Shown here: piece by piece, positions 19,832 to 33,425 of the stretch | Numbering within the stretch: position 1 is the first letter of the stretch | Layout of the letters: the number at the start of each line of letters is the position of its first letter | Position numbers and translations under genes: made by a program | The notes under the pieces: model-generated | Told to the model about the DNA's origin: nothing | The model's input: the letters and a program-made list of their open reading frames with translations, nothing else | Databases searched by the model: none | From: an uncultured Gammaproteobacteria bacterium | GTDB lineage: Bacteria; Pseudomonadota; Gammaproteobacteria; UBA9214 | NCBI GenBank assembly: GCA_963773065.1 | Contig: CAVYZN010000027.1 | Location: forward strand, 32,001-96,000 | DNA: 64,000 nucleotides | Reading direction: 5' to 3'

Positions 19832-20503
19832 TCAAACAACATCATGAAAGAAGATGGCCAGGTGCAGTCGATTCTCGATATTCAGTTTCCTGAAAATGGC
19901 GCTCAGGTGTGCCTTGACGGTCCGTTCGGATATATCAAGTGTTTTCGCAATGGTCTTGTTGTTGCCGCCCTTGTGCACCATTCTCGCAACCTCGAGTTCC
20001 CGCGGCGTAAGGCATTCTATCGCACTGCTTCCTGGGGATGTATCGCTATTTCTCGCGGATGATCCGCTGTGCGTCAGCTCATCGATTATCCTGGTGATCA
20101 GGTTCCGCTGCATCCAGAGCTCGCCATTCACCACAGCAGCAACCGCCTTACCAAGCAGTTGTGATGAAATAGTGCGCTGACAAAAGCCGTGTACCCCGAG
20201 CTTGAATAGAGCAACCTGCTCAATCTCCGGGACTGGCGGTGTGTCGACAACAATGATATGCATGTCAATAGAAGTAGCAGTAAGTTCTGCGACAGCCTCA
20301 ACCACACTATGCCGGGCAAGCACCGGGTCCAGTATCATTACTTGGTGTGCAGTGGAGGTGATGGATTGAATGACATCTGACCATGTGCTGGCGCAAGTCA
20401 CGGTATTAGACTGGCCCAGTATTTTTGTGAACCGCAGGATAAGTTCACTATCGTTACTGGCAATCAGTACCTTGGCAATACTATATGTCATACGGGGATG
20501 CAT
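19832..20503 (-). CDS. LuxR/NarL-family regulator (CsgD/VpsT-like)
   Basis: Atypical REC domain, GELWMQR, LTPRELEVA..NKTIAKTLDISERTVKAHLSAIFRKL. Confidence 0.88.
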   Translation of the reverse strand: MHPRMTYSIAKVLIASNDSELILRFTKILGQSNTVTCASTWSDVIQSITSTAHQVMILDPVLARHSVVEAVAELTATSIDMHIIVVDTPPVPEIEQVALFKLGVHGFCQRTISSQLLGKAVAAVVNGELWMQRNLITRIIDELTHSGSSARNSDTSPGSSAIECLTPRELEVARMVHKGGNNKTIAKTLDISERTVKAHLSAIFRKLNIENRLHLAIFFHDVV

Positions 20504-21056
20504 GTTGACTTCGCATAAAGTCTGTACAGATTACCTTTCTCGCAGGGCATTATCCCCTGCACTAATGACCGGTTTCAGCAGGTAGTCTAATACGGTCTTC
20601 TCACCCGTGAGGATATCAACCACTGCAGTCATGCCTGGAATGTTTTTCAGTGGATGTTCATCCGAACCCAGATGATTCTCATCGGTCCTCACTCTGATAA
20701 AGAGGAAACTTTCACCTTGTTCATCGGTGATTGTATCGGCGCAGATATGTTCAAGTTTAGTTGGCAATCTGCCGTAAATTGCACAGTCATATGCAGTCAG
20801 CTTGACCAAAGCATCTTGGTTGGGTCGCAGAAAAGCGATATCAGCCGGCCGGACATGCGCCTCAACGAGCATAGTGCCTTCCAAGGGGGCTATCTCGAGA
20901 AGGTCCATTCCGAGTTGAATGACACCACCCAATGTTGTGACCATAATTTGTTTGACTTCTCCCTTCACTGGAGAGCGACTAATGTCCGGCTTACACGGTC
21001 TTCCTGTGAACCGCCCCGGGTTTACCGGAGACTCCATTTCTTGAGAGGATGGGGTG

Positions 21057-22276
<1,220 letters not shown>

Positions 22277-22673
22277 CTCAAACAACCGAGTCTCCGGAAT
22301 TCCCGGGGCGGTTCAGTCCGCGCAATGATTCTTCAACGCCGGAAAGCTCTGCCTTCACATCGTTCAATTCACTTCGCGCCTTGGTACGGAAACTTATCTC
22401 GAGGCCATTAATCTTATCTTTAACTTACTCAAGTGCGGACATAAGGCGGGGTATTGCAAGCCGGCTGGCATCAAGATCACCCTTGAGTTCATTAAAAGTG
22501 CGCTTGAGTCGCAGGATCTCGACCTTAGAAATAGCACCATCATTCTCCAGTGGTTCAGACAATTCCTGTTTGTTCTGTTCCTGCTGTTCCCTGAGAATAT
22601 TCACGTTCGATTCAAGTTCACAACCTGATGGTGGATGCGGACGATATTCTGTGATGTTCCCCGGCGTATTGCG

Positions 22674-24631
22674 TTAAAGGGATTCCGGCTTGCCGACAAG
22701 GTATCCCTGTATACCATCGACTTTTAATGAGCGAACTGCATCGCTTTCTTCTCTGGTTTCAACCGCCGCTGCGAAAACACTGATATCGATGCTGTGTGCC
22801 GTATCTGCCAGTGCCCGGATAAAGAACTGGTTATCAGCATCACGATTGATGTCGCGGGTGTAACCGGCATCAATCTTCAGGTATTGCACCTTGATACTGC
22901 TTAGATATCCAAATGAATTGAATCCACGTCCGAAATGATCGATTCCGCAACCACACCCAAGCGCCGACAATCTGTCAACAAAGGTGCGCGTGTTCTCGAT
23001 ATTTCTTAGCACGCCAAACTCGGGAAGTTCAAAAACAATCCGTCGGCCAGTGTCGGGTGCTGCCTGGATCTGGTTGCAGAGCCATTCCACAAACATCGGG
23101 TCATGCAGCGATGTCGATGTCAGGTTAAGTGCATATAGATAATGTTCCTCGGGGTTTGCAGAGAGATAATCCAGTAATTTGCTAATGGTGAGTTTATCCA
23201 GCGCGGTGGCAAGTCCCATCCGCTCAGCCATGGGCATGAATACCCCTGCCATAATCAATTCGCCATCTTCGTCCGGTAATCGCAGGAAAATTTCCTTGTG
23301 TACCACTTCAAGTCCCCGTGCTGGTGAATTTCAGAACAGGTTGAGCAAAGAGCGCAGCGCTTGTTGACCCGATGACCTGTTTGAGGAAAGCATTCCATTG
23401 TGCTGCGCCCCGTATTGTTGGTTTTCCGGTAGCGGGCGACTCGTAACGGTACCAGGCATTTCCGCCGATGGTCTGGGCAGAGCGCAGTGCGATATCGGCT
23501 TGGCAAGCACGTCGGATAAATGGATCACCGGATTTCCACATGGTTACACCGATATTGGCAATATCTTGTATTCGACAAGCTTCTCGGAATGTAGCTGCAG
23601 GAGATCGTTGCTGAGTGAATTAGCCAGTGCGTCGGCTTCACTATTGTTGAAGTCGTTGCCACAATGGCGAATCCTGCGCCGGAGATTCGTCGAGGAGAAA
23701 CAATTTCCTGAAATCAGCAAGACGGGTTTGTATCAGTTCCGCGGCTCTGTGCAGCACACGATCGCCGAACTTGGTATCCTGAAGCCGTATTGATTTGTTC
23801 GAGGTGATAGAGTTCAACCAAGATAACGGCGCCCCCTGCGGATTCCTCACGTGATTCGAAGAGTGTTTGCAACTGGCGGTCGAAGTAACGACGATTGCCC
23901 AGGCCGTAACCGGGTCCTTGTAGGCCTGCTCGCGAAGCCGTTCCGTTAATGTGGTTTGTTCCGTGAAATATTTCATTGACCTTCCTCGTCAGGCGATTCA
24001 TAGCTTTAACGACACGACGCAGTTCCCGGGTGCGCGGGAGCTTTTCCTGGATCACATAGGTCGTTCACATATTGCCTCGGCTTGTTCCTCGACCCTCTGT
24101 AACGGTTTTAACAGCAGGCGTATCGCCAGGATACCCAGGAGGAGTGCAGTAATTGTTGTCAGGGAGAACAACCAGAACGTGTCCACTGTATTTTTCCATA
24201 ATTCCCGATAGGCATATCCAGGGTGGCTGACAACTACGACTGTTGCCGCCTGTTTCCAGCCGGACATGACCATGGCCTCGGCCGTGGGTAACCGCAGGTC
24301 GACGTTGTTAATAAACCATGACGGAACATCCTTGCTTGTCACCGGATTGTTGCGCTCGATTAATGTATCTCCATCAACCGTGATGACGCTGATTGTTTTG
24401 TAATAACCACGGTCAAAGATTGCATCAACCATGGAATTCATGACCGGAGGTCATTGCGCTGCATTGGCGGGAAAGTGAGAGGCCCAGCGAGGTCGCCGTA
24501 TCCTGGGCATGTGATGCGAGTTGTTCGCCAAGAAAGTTGCGCAGATTGCTTATGCTGATGGTCACTGAAGCCAGGAAACATGCAGCGAACAACACGATGA
24601 TGATCAGGATGAGTTGTCGGTATAGAGTCAT
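22674..24631 (-). CDS. lapD: LapD-like c-di-GMP receptor (periplasmic LapD/MoxY, HAMP, degenerate GGDEF-EAL); several frameshifts
   Basis: MTLYRQL..SHAQDTATSLGLSLS; MVDAIFDRGYY, VPSWF, GWKQAA..SHPGYAY; ELRRVVKAMN; degenerate EAL (HKEIFLRL, DHFGRGF). Confidence 0.85.
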
Positions 24632-24704
24632 CGGGTTATTACATCCCTTGCAGTTTGCGCAGTATAGGTATCTAACAGTATTTGATGCATATTTCTGCAT
24701 ATGT

Positions 24705-25364
24705 CTATGGTGCAAGTTCATCATTGATCCGTGCAATTACATCACGCCACGGGGCAAGGCGATCCGCCCGCCCGACTTGCGTGCTGTCAGCCAGTCGTGT
24801 TTTTGCCAACCACAGGCCGTTACCGTTAAAACTGTAGACAGGTAGCAGGTCAGCACGCATTGCTGCGGGCCTGATCTCCTTTTCCAGATTGTCCAGCACT
24901 AGCGGGTCGTCATCCGGAGAGGCGAAATAGGTCAGGACCATGTGTGCCTGATTCAGACGCAGTGCCTTAACGTAGGTAAGTCTCATCCGCTCTTCAGGAA
25001 TACCCATCTCCAGAAGCGTAAAATACTTCGCAATGGAGAAATCTTCACAATCCCCGCCATTTGAAACCAGGGTTTCCAGTGGTGTGGCCCAGTAGTCTTT
25101 CTTTCCCCAGTGGTCAATGTCGTTGACAAACTCAAGCTCATTGAAAAAATCATTGACCCTGCGCAATTTCTCCATGTCGGAAAGATCCCCACTCGAACTG
25201 ATAATCGCCTGCCAGTGCACAACACGCCGGCGGGTAGATTCGCCGTGCTCCTGTTTGATCTTGGCGATGGCTTGTCTCGTCAAGGTGAATTCACCTGCCA
25301 TGGATACAGCGCTAGTTACAATGCAGATGAAGATTGCAGTAACGACAAACCACCGTCCTGGCAT
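24705..25364 (-). CDS. lapG: LapG-like periplasmic transglutaminase-like cysteine protease (BTLCP)
   Basis: VNDFFN..DIDHWGKKDYWATPLE..GGDCEDFSIAKY..QAHMVL..LVLDNL..PVYSFN; adjacent to lapD. Confidence 0.9.
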   Translation of the reverse strand: MPGRWFVVTAIFICIVTSAVSMAGEFTLTRQAIAKIKQEHGESTRRRVVHWQAIISSSGDLSDMEKLRRVNDFFNELEFVNDIDHWGKKDYWATPLETLVSNGGDCEDFSIAKYFTLLEMGIPEERMRLTYVKALRLNQAHMVLTYFASPDDDPLVLDNLEKEIRPAAMRADLLPVYSFNGNGLWLAKTRLADSTQVGRADRLAPWRDVIARINDELAP

Positions 25365-25710
25365 CACGGCAGTATCCGGATCGGGTGAAGGTAACAGGCA
25401 AAACTGTGGGCCAGGACGGGTTAGCACCTGTCTGAGTGACAGCCTCGCTGGGGACCGACGAATTGTGGTTGTCGGCCGTGCTGTCACAGGGCAATACTCA
25501 ATACGGTTGATATTCTTCAGCTAATTCCATGGTGTATCGGCATTGAAGCTCAGGTGCTTTGAGAATTTGTTAGTCTGTTTCTCCAACGGTTGGAGTAACG
25601 GTATGGTTGCTGAAAAATGCGTCGGCTGGACATCCGCTGGTACCTAAGTCCAATTGTATCGCAGTGAGGCATCTGCATAGACTTTATATGGTCAGAGGAA
25701 ACAATCACTT

Positions 25711-26124
25711 ATGAAAACAATAAAAGTGACTTTTCTATCATCCCGTGACACCGTCCAGATGGAATGTGCTCAATTGATGGAACAGAACCCGGATATAGAA
25801 CTGGTGTCGATACCTCCAGTTCTGACCCAACTGGGATACTTGGATGGCTCTTTCCCGATCGGATATCGCGGTAATAGATGACGACATCATGCGGCGCGAG
25901 GGGGTAGAAACCTGTCCATGCTTCTCGCATGCCACCCGGCGCTGAAATTCCTGGTAATTATGGAAAACTACAATGAAGGCAGGATGCTATGGGCTATCAT
26001 GCAGGGTGTGCGCGGGGTGATGCTCCAGCGCGAGGTGTTACAACTGCTCGGGAAAGCCATCAGGCAAATTAATGAAGGGGAGGTCTGGATGCCGCGTAGT
26101 CTACTGAAATTCGTTCAAGAATGA
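25711..26124 (+). pseudogene. Degraded NarL-type response regulator (receiver part)
   Basis: MKTIKV..NPDIELV; HPALKFLV..AIMQGVRGVM..KAIRQINEGEVWMPR; fragmented, no HTH. Confidence 0.6.
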
Positions 26125-26254
26125 ACTGGTAAGCCGGCGGAAGGGGTGTCATCCAAGCATGGATCCCGCCACTAGTAGCAACTGGCGGATGAGATTGCAT
26201 TAAATGAATACAATGACCACATGGTGGTGGGGTTCAAGCCGGGGGCGGGCGGGA

Positions 26255-26772
26255 GTGAGGTGACGGTGACGGAGGGCGACCCGGGGGGCCGGATGCGACG
26301 ATTGCGTTCACGCTGCAGTTAACCAATCCGTCGACGAGCGCGGTGAGTGTGGACTACACGATGGTGCCGGGCAATGACTGGCGCCTGGGTCGATTTCTTA
26401 CAACGGATCGCTGATGGACTGGCCGGGACGGTGGAGGCGTTCACGGTGGTGTTGTCCAACCCGAGCGGTGCGGCGCTCGATGCGGGCATGCGAGTGCGAC
26501 CGGGACGATTTTGGACAATGACCATGCGGCAGTATTCGATGCCGAGAGTTATGTCTGGTTACCTGTCGACGTGGCCGAGATGCCACCGGAATATCGAGTG
26601 CGGTTATCCCATCGGACTGAATGTCACGGATGTTGACAGTATACTAACGGTGGAAATCACAGGGGTTCCGGATCAGGGCCAGACCGGTTATCACAATGGC
26701 GCGACATTTATAGAACTTACGGAGGCAATGTCGATGATGCGATATTTGGCCGGGAAAATGATGACAGCCTGA
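26255..26772 (+). pseudogene. Remnant of a LapA-like RTX adhesin (Calx-beta/Ig-like repeats)
   Basis: Across frames: VTVTEGD, FTLQLTNPSTSAVSVDY, EAFTVVLSNPSGA, ATGTILDND, TDVDSILTVEITGVP. Confidence 0.6.
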
Positions 26773-26873
26773 ATGGCTGAGTGGTAAGGACATCCTGGTC
26801 GGTCATGCCGCCCTCAAATTATTTTTCACGTGCCGGCGTATTTCACATGGAGTTGTGATTTAATCCCCCCACT

Positions 26874-28121
26874 ATGTTTCGACCCCTTGAACTGTTATTG
26901 GCATGCGCTACACGCATGCCAAAAGGCGCACACACTTCATCTCGTTCATCTCGCTGACATCCATGCTGGGTATCGCGCTCGGCGTGACGGCGCTGATTAC
27001 CGTACTGTCTGTGATGAACGGGTTTGAAGGGGAATTGCGTGATCGCATACTTGGCATGGCCTCGCACGCGTCGGTAACCACATTTGATGGCTACCTGGCT
27101 GACTGGCAAGACGTTGAGCAGGCCGTCATGACGCATGGCAACGTCGTCGCCGCTGCGCCTTATGTGAGTGGTGAAACCATGCTGAGTGCCGGTAACCGCG
27201 TCAGCGGAGCGATCATACGCGGCATCCTGCCGGAACAGGAAGGAGCGGTTTCCGATGTGGTGTCGCATATCAAGGCCGGCTCTGTCGGGAGCTTAAAGGA
27301 TGGCGACTACGGCATCATTCTCGGCAGTGAGCTGGCCTATACATTGGGGGTGGGGCTGGGGGATGCCGTTACGGTGGTCTCACCCCAGGTCATGGTGGGT
27401 CCGACCGGGGTCATGCCCACGGTTGCGGCGCTTCACCGTGGTCGGACTGTTTGAAGTGGGTATGTATGAATATGACCGGGGTGTGGCGCTGGTGCACATG
27501 AAGGACGCCGCGCGGCTGTTCCGTCTCGGTGACAATGTTACCGGAGTCCGCCTGAAGCTCGATGACCTGTTCGCGGCGCCACGCGTTGCCGACGAACTCG
27601 GCATGCAACTGGGGGCGAATTACCGTGTGGAAGACTGGACCCGGCAGCACGCCAATTTTTTCCGCGCCGTAAAGACCGAAAAACGCGTCATGTTCATCAT
27701 CCTGACGCTTATCGTCGCCGTCGCGGCATTCAATATCGTTTCGACGCTGATCATGGTCGTGACGGACAAACGCGCCGACATCGCCATCCTGCGCACGCTG
27801 GGCGCATCCCCGCGCAGCATCATGGCGATCTTCGTGATCCAGGGCGCCGTCATCGGTTTGTTCGGGACCTTGCTGGGCGTGCTCGGTGGCGTCTCGCTGG
27901 CTCTGAATATAGAGACCATCGTGCCGGCGATTGAATCGTTCTTCAATGTGCGGTTTCTCGCCGCGGACGTCTATTACATCAGCGAGGTTCCCTCCGATCT
28001 GCACTGGCATGATGTGCTCATCATGACGTCAGTCGCGCTGGTACTCAGCCTGCTGGCGACACTCTATCCCGCCTGGCGAGCCGCACGGACTCATCCAGCC
28101 GAGGCCTTGCGCTATGAGTGA
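26874..28121 (+). CDS. lolC: Lipoprotein-releasing ABC transporter permease LolC/E (frameshifts likely artefactual)
   Basis: [53 protein letters not shown]. Confidence 0.9.
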
Positions 28122-28800
28122 GGTGCTGAACTGCTCCCATCTGGCGAAAAGCTATTCCGATGCCAACTCGACATTGCATGTGTTGCGGCAAATCGACTTG
28201 ACGGTCGGACAGGGAGAACAAATCGCCATCATGGGGGCCTCCGGCAGTGGTAAAAGCACCTTGTTGCACCTGCTCGGAGGGTTGGATACGCCGACCGCCG
28301 GTCAGATCCGCATCGACGGTACGCCGATCGAGCGTCTCAACGCCGTGCAACTGGGAAGGCTGCGTAATCGGGCGCTGGGTTTCATCTACCAGTTCCACCA
28401 TCTGCTGCCGGAATTCACCGCCCTGGAGAATGTGGCCATGCCCCTGCTGGTGCGTGGTGTATCCCCCGCGAAAGCCGCCGGCGAAGCGAGCCGCATGCTG
28501 GACCGCGTGGGCCTGTCCGGTCGGTCGACGCACAAGCCGGGCGAGCTGTCCGGCGGGGAGCGACAACGCGCGGCCGTTGCCCGTGCGCTGGTCACGCGTC
28601 CCGTCTGTGTTCTGGCGGATGAGCCGACCGGCAATCTGGATCGAAAAAATGCCGATCAGGTTTATGACCTGATGCTGGAGCTTAACAGGGAATTCTCAAT
28701 CAGCTATCTTGTGGCCACGCACGATCCGCAGATTGCGGCACGCATGGACCGCATATTGATACTCAATGACGGCTATATCGAGCAACAGTCAACCGGCTGA
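28114..28800 (+). CDS. lolD: Lipoprotein-releasing ABC transporter ATPase
   Basis: [40 protein letters not shown]. Confidence 0.95.
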   Translation: MSEVLNCSHLAKSYSDANSTLHVLRQIDLTVGQGEQIAIMGASGSGKSTLLHLLGGLDTPTAGQIRIDGTPIERLNAVQLGRLRNRALGFIYQFHHLLPEFTALENVAMPLLVRGVSPAKAAGEASRMLDRVGLSGRSTHKPGELSGGERQRAAVARALVTRPVCVLADEPTGNLDRKNADQVYDLMLELNREFSISYLVATHDPQIAARMDRILILNDGYIEQQSTG

Positions 28801-28860
28801 TAAGCGAGGAACACACTCACGGCGGTCCGTAACCCGATAGCGTTATTCAGGAGACTCACA

Positions 28861-28878
28861 ATGTTCAGGGACGAACAT
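28861..28878 (+). promoter_or_regulatory. Putative CsrA/RsmA-binding hairpin over the comEC ribosome-binding site
   Basis: ATGTTC-AGGGAC-GAACAT: UCANGGANGA consensus in a hexaloop; the stem includes the start codon. Confidence 0.6.
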
Positions 28879-31207
28879 GATCATCAGAACCTGCGTATTT
28901 CTCGCGGGTGTTCTTGCACTTCAATATCTGGCTGAACTCCCTCCCTGGTATTGTTATACCGGTGTATTCACCGTGCTTCTTGCGCTGCGCTGGCGCGTTG
29001 CACGGCTGCCCGCCATTTTTTTATTGGGTTTTTTCTGGGCGGCATATCATGCCCAGATAATGCTCGATTGCGTCCTGGACGGTCGCCTCGAAGGCCGGAC
29101 GGTCCTGATTCAGGGGATCGTTGCGGATCTCCCCAGCAGTCTGTCACACCAGAGTGTCCGCTTCCTGTTGCACGCAGACCGGCTCGATGAAGGGGATGGC
29201 TGGAGTGATTTCGACAGGAAGATCCAGCTCAGCTGGTACCAGACTCAACAACTGCCGATGCTGGGTGAACGCTGGCAACTGGCGGTTCGGCTGAAACGGC
29301 CGCATGGCTATGCCAACCCGGGTAGTTACGATTATGAACGCTGGCTGTTCCAGCAAGGGATTTCCGCGACCGGCTATGTAAAGACCGATAAGCGCAACCA
29401 CCCGCTCGAAAGCCAGTCCTGGTCATTCATCGACGGGATGCGAAAATCCATTGCGGCCTACTTCAATTCCAGGGAGCACCCGCCGCCGGGGCTGGCCCTG
29501 ATACGCGCGCTGACCATTGGTGATGATGGCGCTATCGACCCCGTGCAGTGGGATGTCCTGCGAGCGACGGGCACCACCCATTTGATGGTAATTTCGGGGT
29601 CGCATATCAGTCTTGTGGCCGGATTGGTTTTCTGGTTGACGAGATTCGTCTGGTCGCGGCTTGGCACCTGGCCGGAAACCGTCCCGGCCACTCGGGCCGC
29701 GGTGGTAATAGCCCTGTTGTCGGCGACGTTTTACGCCTTTCTCGCCGGTCTGGGTATTCCGACCAGCCGGGCGCTGATCATGCTGGCCGTGGCCATGACG
29801 GCGGTGTTGGCGGATCGGCAATCACGTCCCGGCCATGTGCTCTGCCTGGCGGTGATCGCCACCCTGGCGATCGATCCGCTGGCGGTGCTATCCGCCAGTT
29901 GGTGGCTGTCGTTCTGGGCGGTGACCATGATTCTTTACACCACATCCAGCCGCCATGGAAGCGAAGGCGTTTGGCATAAGATCGCCAGTATCCATATCGT
30001 CCTTGCCGTGGGCATGCTGCCCGTACTGCTGGTCTTTTTTCAGCAAGCATCCCTGGTTTCTCCGCTGGCAAACATCGTTGCCGTACCCTGGGTGAACCTG
30101 CTGGTGGTGCCTATGGCCCTTATCGGAACGTTGCTGCTGTTCATCAATGCGACGGCGGGCGGGCTGCTGCTGAATCTGGCGACTTGGTTCATGGATACCT
30201 TGTGGCCCTTCCTGGCACTGGCTGGGGAAGCTGGATTTTACCCTCCTGCAGCAGCATCAGCCGTTGCCATGGACACTGTTGCCGGCAACGGTTGGCATAC
30301 TCCTGCTGTTCGCCCCGCGCGGATTCCCCGGCAGGTGGCTCGGCCTGGTGTTGCTGCTGCCCCTGTTTGCGGCCAGGCCGCCTGCGCCCGCATTCGGTGA
30401 GGTCTGGGTGACCTTGCTTGATGTCGGACAAGGTCTGTCGACGGTGATACGAACCCGGGACCACACCCTGGTCTATGACGCCGGTCCAGCCTATAGCCCG
30501 GGTTTTGATACCGGCAGTGCCGTTGTGGTTCCCTACCTGCGCAGCCAGGGGGTGGGGCGGATTGATAAACTGATTGTCAGTCACGGGGATAACGATCATA
30601 TCGGTGGCGTTCCCTCGGTGTTGAAAGCATTGCCTGTTGCCGAGCTCATGCCGGCATCCCGGAACTCCTGACGATGCGCGAGGCCCGCCAGTGCCGCCGG
30701 GGTGACCGATGGCGGTGGGAGGGGGTCGAATTTTCCGTGCTGCATCCGGATGCGCGCAGTTACCGGCAAGGGAATAATGCCTCCTGTGTCGTTCGGGTCG
30801 AGACAGCGGGAGGCCGGCGTATCCTGTTGACCGGTGACATCGAAGCGGATTCGGAACGGATCCTGCTGCGGGAATTACGCGATCGATTGCCTGCGGATGT
30901 GCTGATCGTGCCGCATCACGGCAGTCTGACCTCATCTTCGCCTGCGTTTGTTGAAGCCGTCAGTCCCGGCTATGCGCTGTTTCCGACGGGATACCGGAAT
31001 CGTTACCGCTTGCCACGCAGCGAGGTGGTCGAGCGCTACCGGCGGGCCGGTTCGGTGCTGCTCGACACCGCCCCGCACGGTGCGATAACCGTGAAGCTGC
31101 GATCGGGTGGCCTGCCACCGGAAGCGGTATCGTTTCGTTGCAGCGTATCCGCGTTACTGGCGCGCCGTTACCTGCGCCACCAAGAACCGGTTTGGCTGCT
31201 GCGATAA
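28877..31207 (+). CDS. comEC: DNA internalization competence protein ComEC/Rec2 (two frameshifts)
   Basis: RLKRPHGYANPG, TGTTHLMVISGSH, LDVGQG, SHGDNDHIGG, LTGDIE, VPHHGS. Confidence 0.92.
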
Positions 31208-31255
31208 ATAACGTATTATCCGCACTACAGAGCTCACGGTGGATCGGATCGACAT

Positions 31256-32258
31256 ATGAACCGCCTGGAATATTACCTGGTATCGACGCAGTCCGTGGCT
31301 GGTTTTGCTGCTACCGGTAGCAACGGTCTATTGCATGGTCATCCGGCTGCGCCGCGTTCTTTACCGGTCAGGGTGGCTGGCGAGGCACAAGATGCCTGTG
31401 CCGGTTGTGATGGTTGGCAACCTCACCGTTGGCGGCACCGGCAAGACGCCGCTGGTTACGTGGCTGGTCACCTTCTTGAAGGAATCCGGCTACCGGCCGG
31501 GGGTGATTGCGCGCGGCTACAAGGGCAGGGCGAGGCACTGGCCGCAGCAGGTGCGTGCCGACAGCGATCCCTCGGCCGTGGGAGATGAGGCGGTCCTCCT
31601 CGCCGGACGCTGTGGATGCCCGATGGCGGTCGCGCCGGACCGTGTTGCCGCGGCACGGGCATTGCTGGAGCATAGCGATTGCGACCTGATCGTGTGTGAT
31701 GATGGCCTGCAGCATTATGCCCTCAAGCGGGATATCGAGATCGCGGTTATTGATGGCGTCAGGCGTATCGGTAACGGTTTCTGCCTGCCGGCCGGGCCCT
31801 TGCGTGAACCGTCCGGGCGTTTGACGGAAGTCGACCTGGTGGTCGTGAATGGATTGGGCAGGCGTGGCGAGTACCCGATGAAGATGCGCGCGGGCCGGGT
31901 GATCAACCTCGATCAGAAGCTCGAATCCAGAGACCTAAGCAGTTTCGCGCGGCAGTCGGTGCATGCCGTCGCCGGGATCGGCAACCCGGAGCGTTTTTTC
32001 GCCCGCCTCAGACAGGCGGGCATGCTGCTGGAAGAACATGTATTTCCCGATCATCATGCCTATACGGCGGCAAATCTGGATTTCGGTGACGACAGGCCGG
32101 TCATGATGACGGAGAAAGATGCGGTGAAATGCCGGAATCTCTGCCTTACTAACGCCTGGTATGTTCCGGTTACAATTGAGATGACGGCGGAGTTCGGGGC
32201 CAGGGTGCTGGACCTGCTCGCCCGAGGCGGGAAGAACGCCCTTGCGGTGGCTTCGTGA
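31256..32258 (+). CDS. lpxK: Tetraacyldisaccharide 4'-kinase (frameshift near 5' end)
   Basis: VGNLTVGGTGKTP, DDGLQHYAL, PAGPLRE, FPDHH, MTEKDAVK. Confidence 0.95.
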
Positions 32259-32283
32259 TATCGATGAAGGATGGAAATGAGCG

Positions 32284-32463
32284 ATGGATAAAAAATTACT
32301 CGAGATTCTTGCCTGCCCTGTATGCAAGGGGCCGCTGGTCTACCGTGAGAAGGCAGGGGAACTGATCTGCAAGGTGGACCGCCTGGCCTATCCGGTAAGG
32401 GATGATATTCCCGTCATGTTGGAGGATGAGGCGCGCAAGTTGCGCGCGGAAGAAGAGGTTTGA
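32284..32463 (+). CDS. ycaR: Trm112-family protein YcaR (missing from ORF track)
   Basis: [36 protein letters not shown]. Confidence 0.93.
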   Translation: MDKKLLEILACPVCKGPLVYREKAGELICKVDRLAYPVRDDIPVMLEDEARKLRAEEEV

Positions 32464-32622
32464 GTTCCTCACGCCTGCTTCCGAACGCAGGAGCGACGGG
32501 CAGGCAGGTATCACGCTTCCGACTGATCTGCCTCAAACCCTCATGAGGGAATATTGCAGGCGATATTCTGTGGATTTGATCGCTCTCCCGCTTAACCGCC
32601 CATGGCGAGTGCAGACACGGAT

Positions 32623-33388
32623 ATGACCACAGCGTTTAAGATCGTAATCCCCGCGCGTTATGCCTCGACGCGGCTGCCCGGCAAACCATTGCGTCTGCTC
32701 GCAGGCAAGCCCATGTTGCAGCATGTCCACGAACGCGCCCGGGCGAGCGGTGCGCAACACATCGTCATCGCGACCGATGACCAGCGCATCGCGGCGGCGG
32801 CGGCCGGTTTTGGCGCCGATGTCTGCATGACATCAACGGCACATGCCTCGGGCACCGAGCGGCTGGCCGAAGTCGTTGCGACGCGTGGATGGGATGATGA
32901 CGCCATCGTCGTCAACCTGCAGGGCGACGAGCCCTTGATGCCTCCCTTGCTGATTGACCAGGTGGCCGCCGATCTTGCCACCCATCAATCCGCCTCCATC
33001 ACTACCCTGGCCTATCCCTTGAAGGCATCGGAGAACGAAACCGACCCGCATATCGTCAAGGTGGTTGCTCGATCGCGATGGCTATGCGCTGTATTTCAGC
33101 CGTGCTCCGATCCCCTGGCATCGTGATCCGCCAGAAACGGGTTCCGGCATACCGGGCGGGTATCCCCTGCTGCACCACATCGGCCTCTACGCCTACCGGG
33201 CGCGTTTCCTGCGTCATTACAGCCGGCTGGAACCCTCACCACTGGAGAATTTCGAGAAACTCGAACAGCTGCGCGCGCTCTGGCATGGCCTGAAGATACA
33301 CGTCGGCATCGCCGAGGCAATACCTGCTCCTGGGGTCGATACCGAGGCGGACTTGGCAAGGGTTGAGCGGGTCTTGTCAGCGAGATGA
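32623..33388 (+). CDS. kdsB: 3-deoxy-manno-octulosonate cytidylyltransferase (frameshift ~33065)
   Basis: [49 protein letters not shown]. Confidence 0.95.
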
Positions 33389-33425
33389 TAGAGTCGGTGG
33401 GTAATCGGGTGTGGAGTCTGTTCTG

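Noticed and set aside
26221-26300. G-run-rich stretch (possible G-quadruplex)
   Set aside because: Falls within the decayed adhesin relic; no evidence of function.
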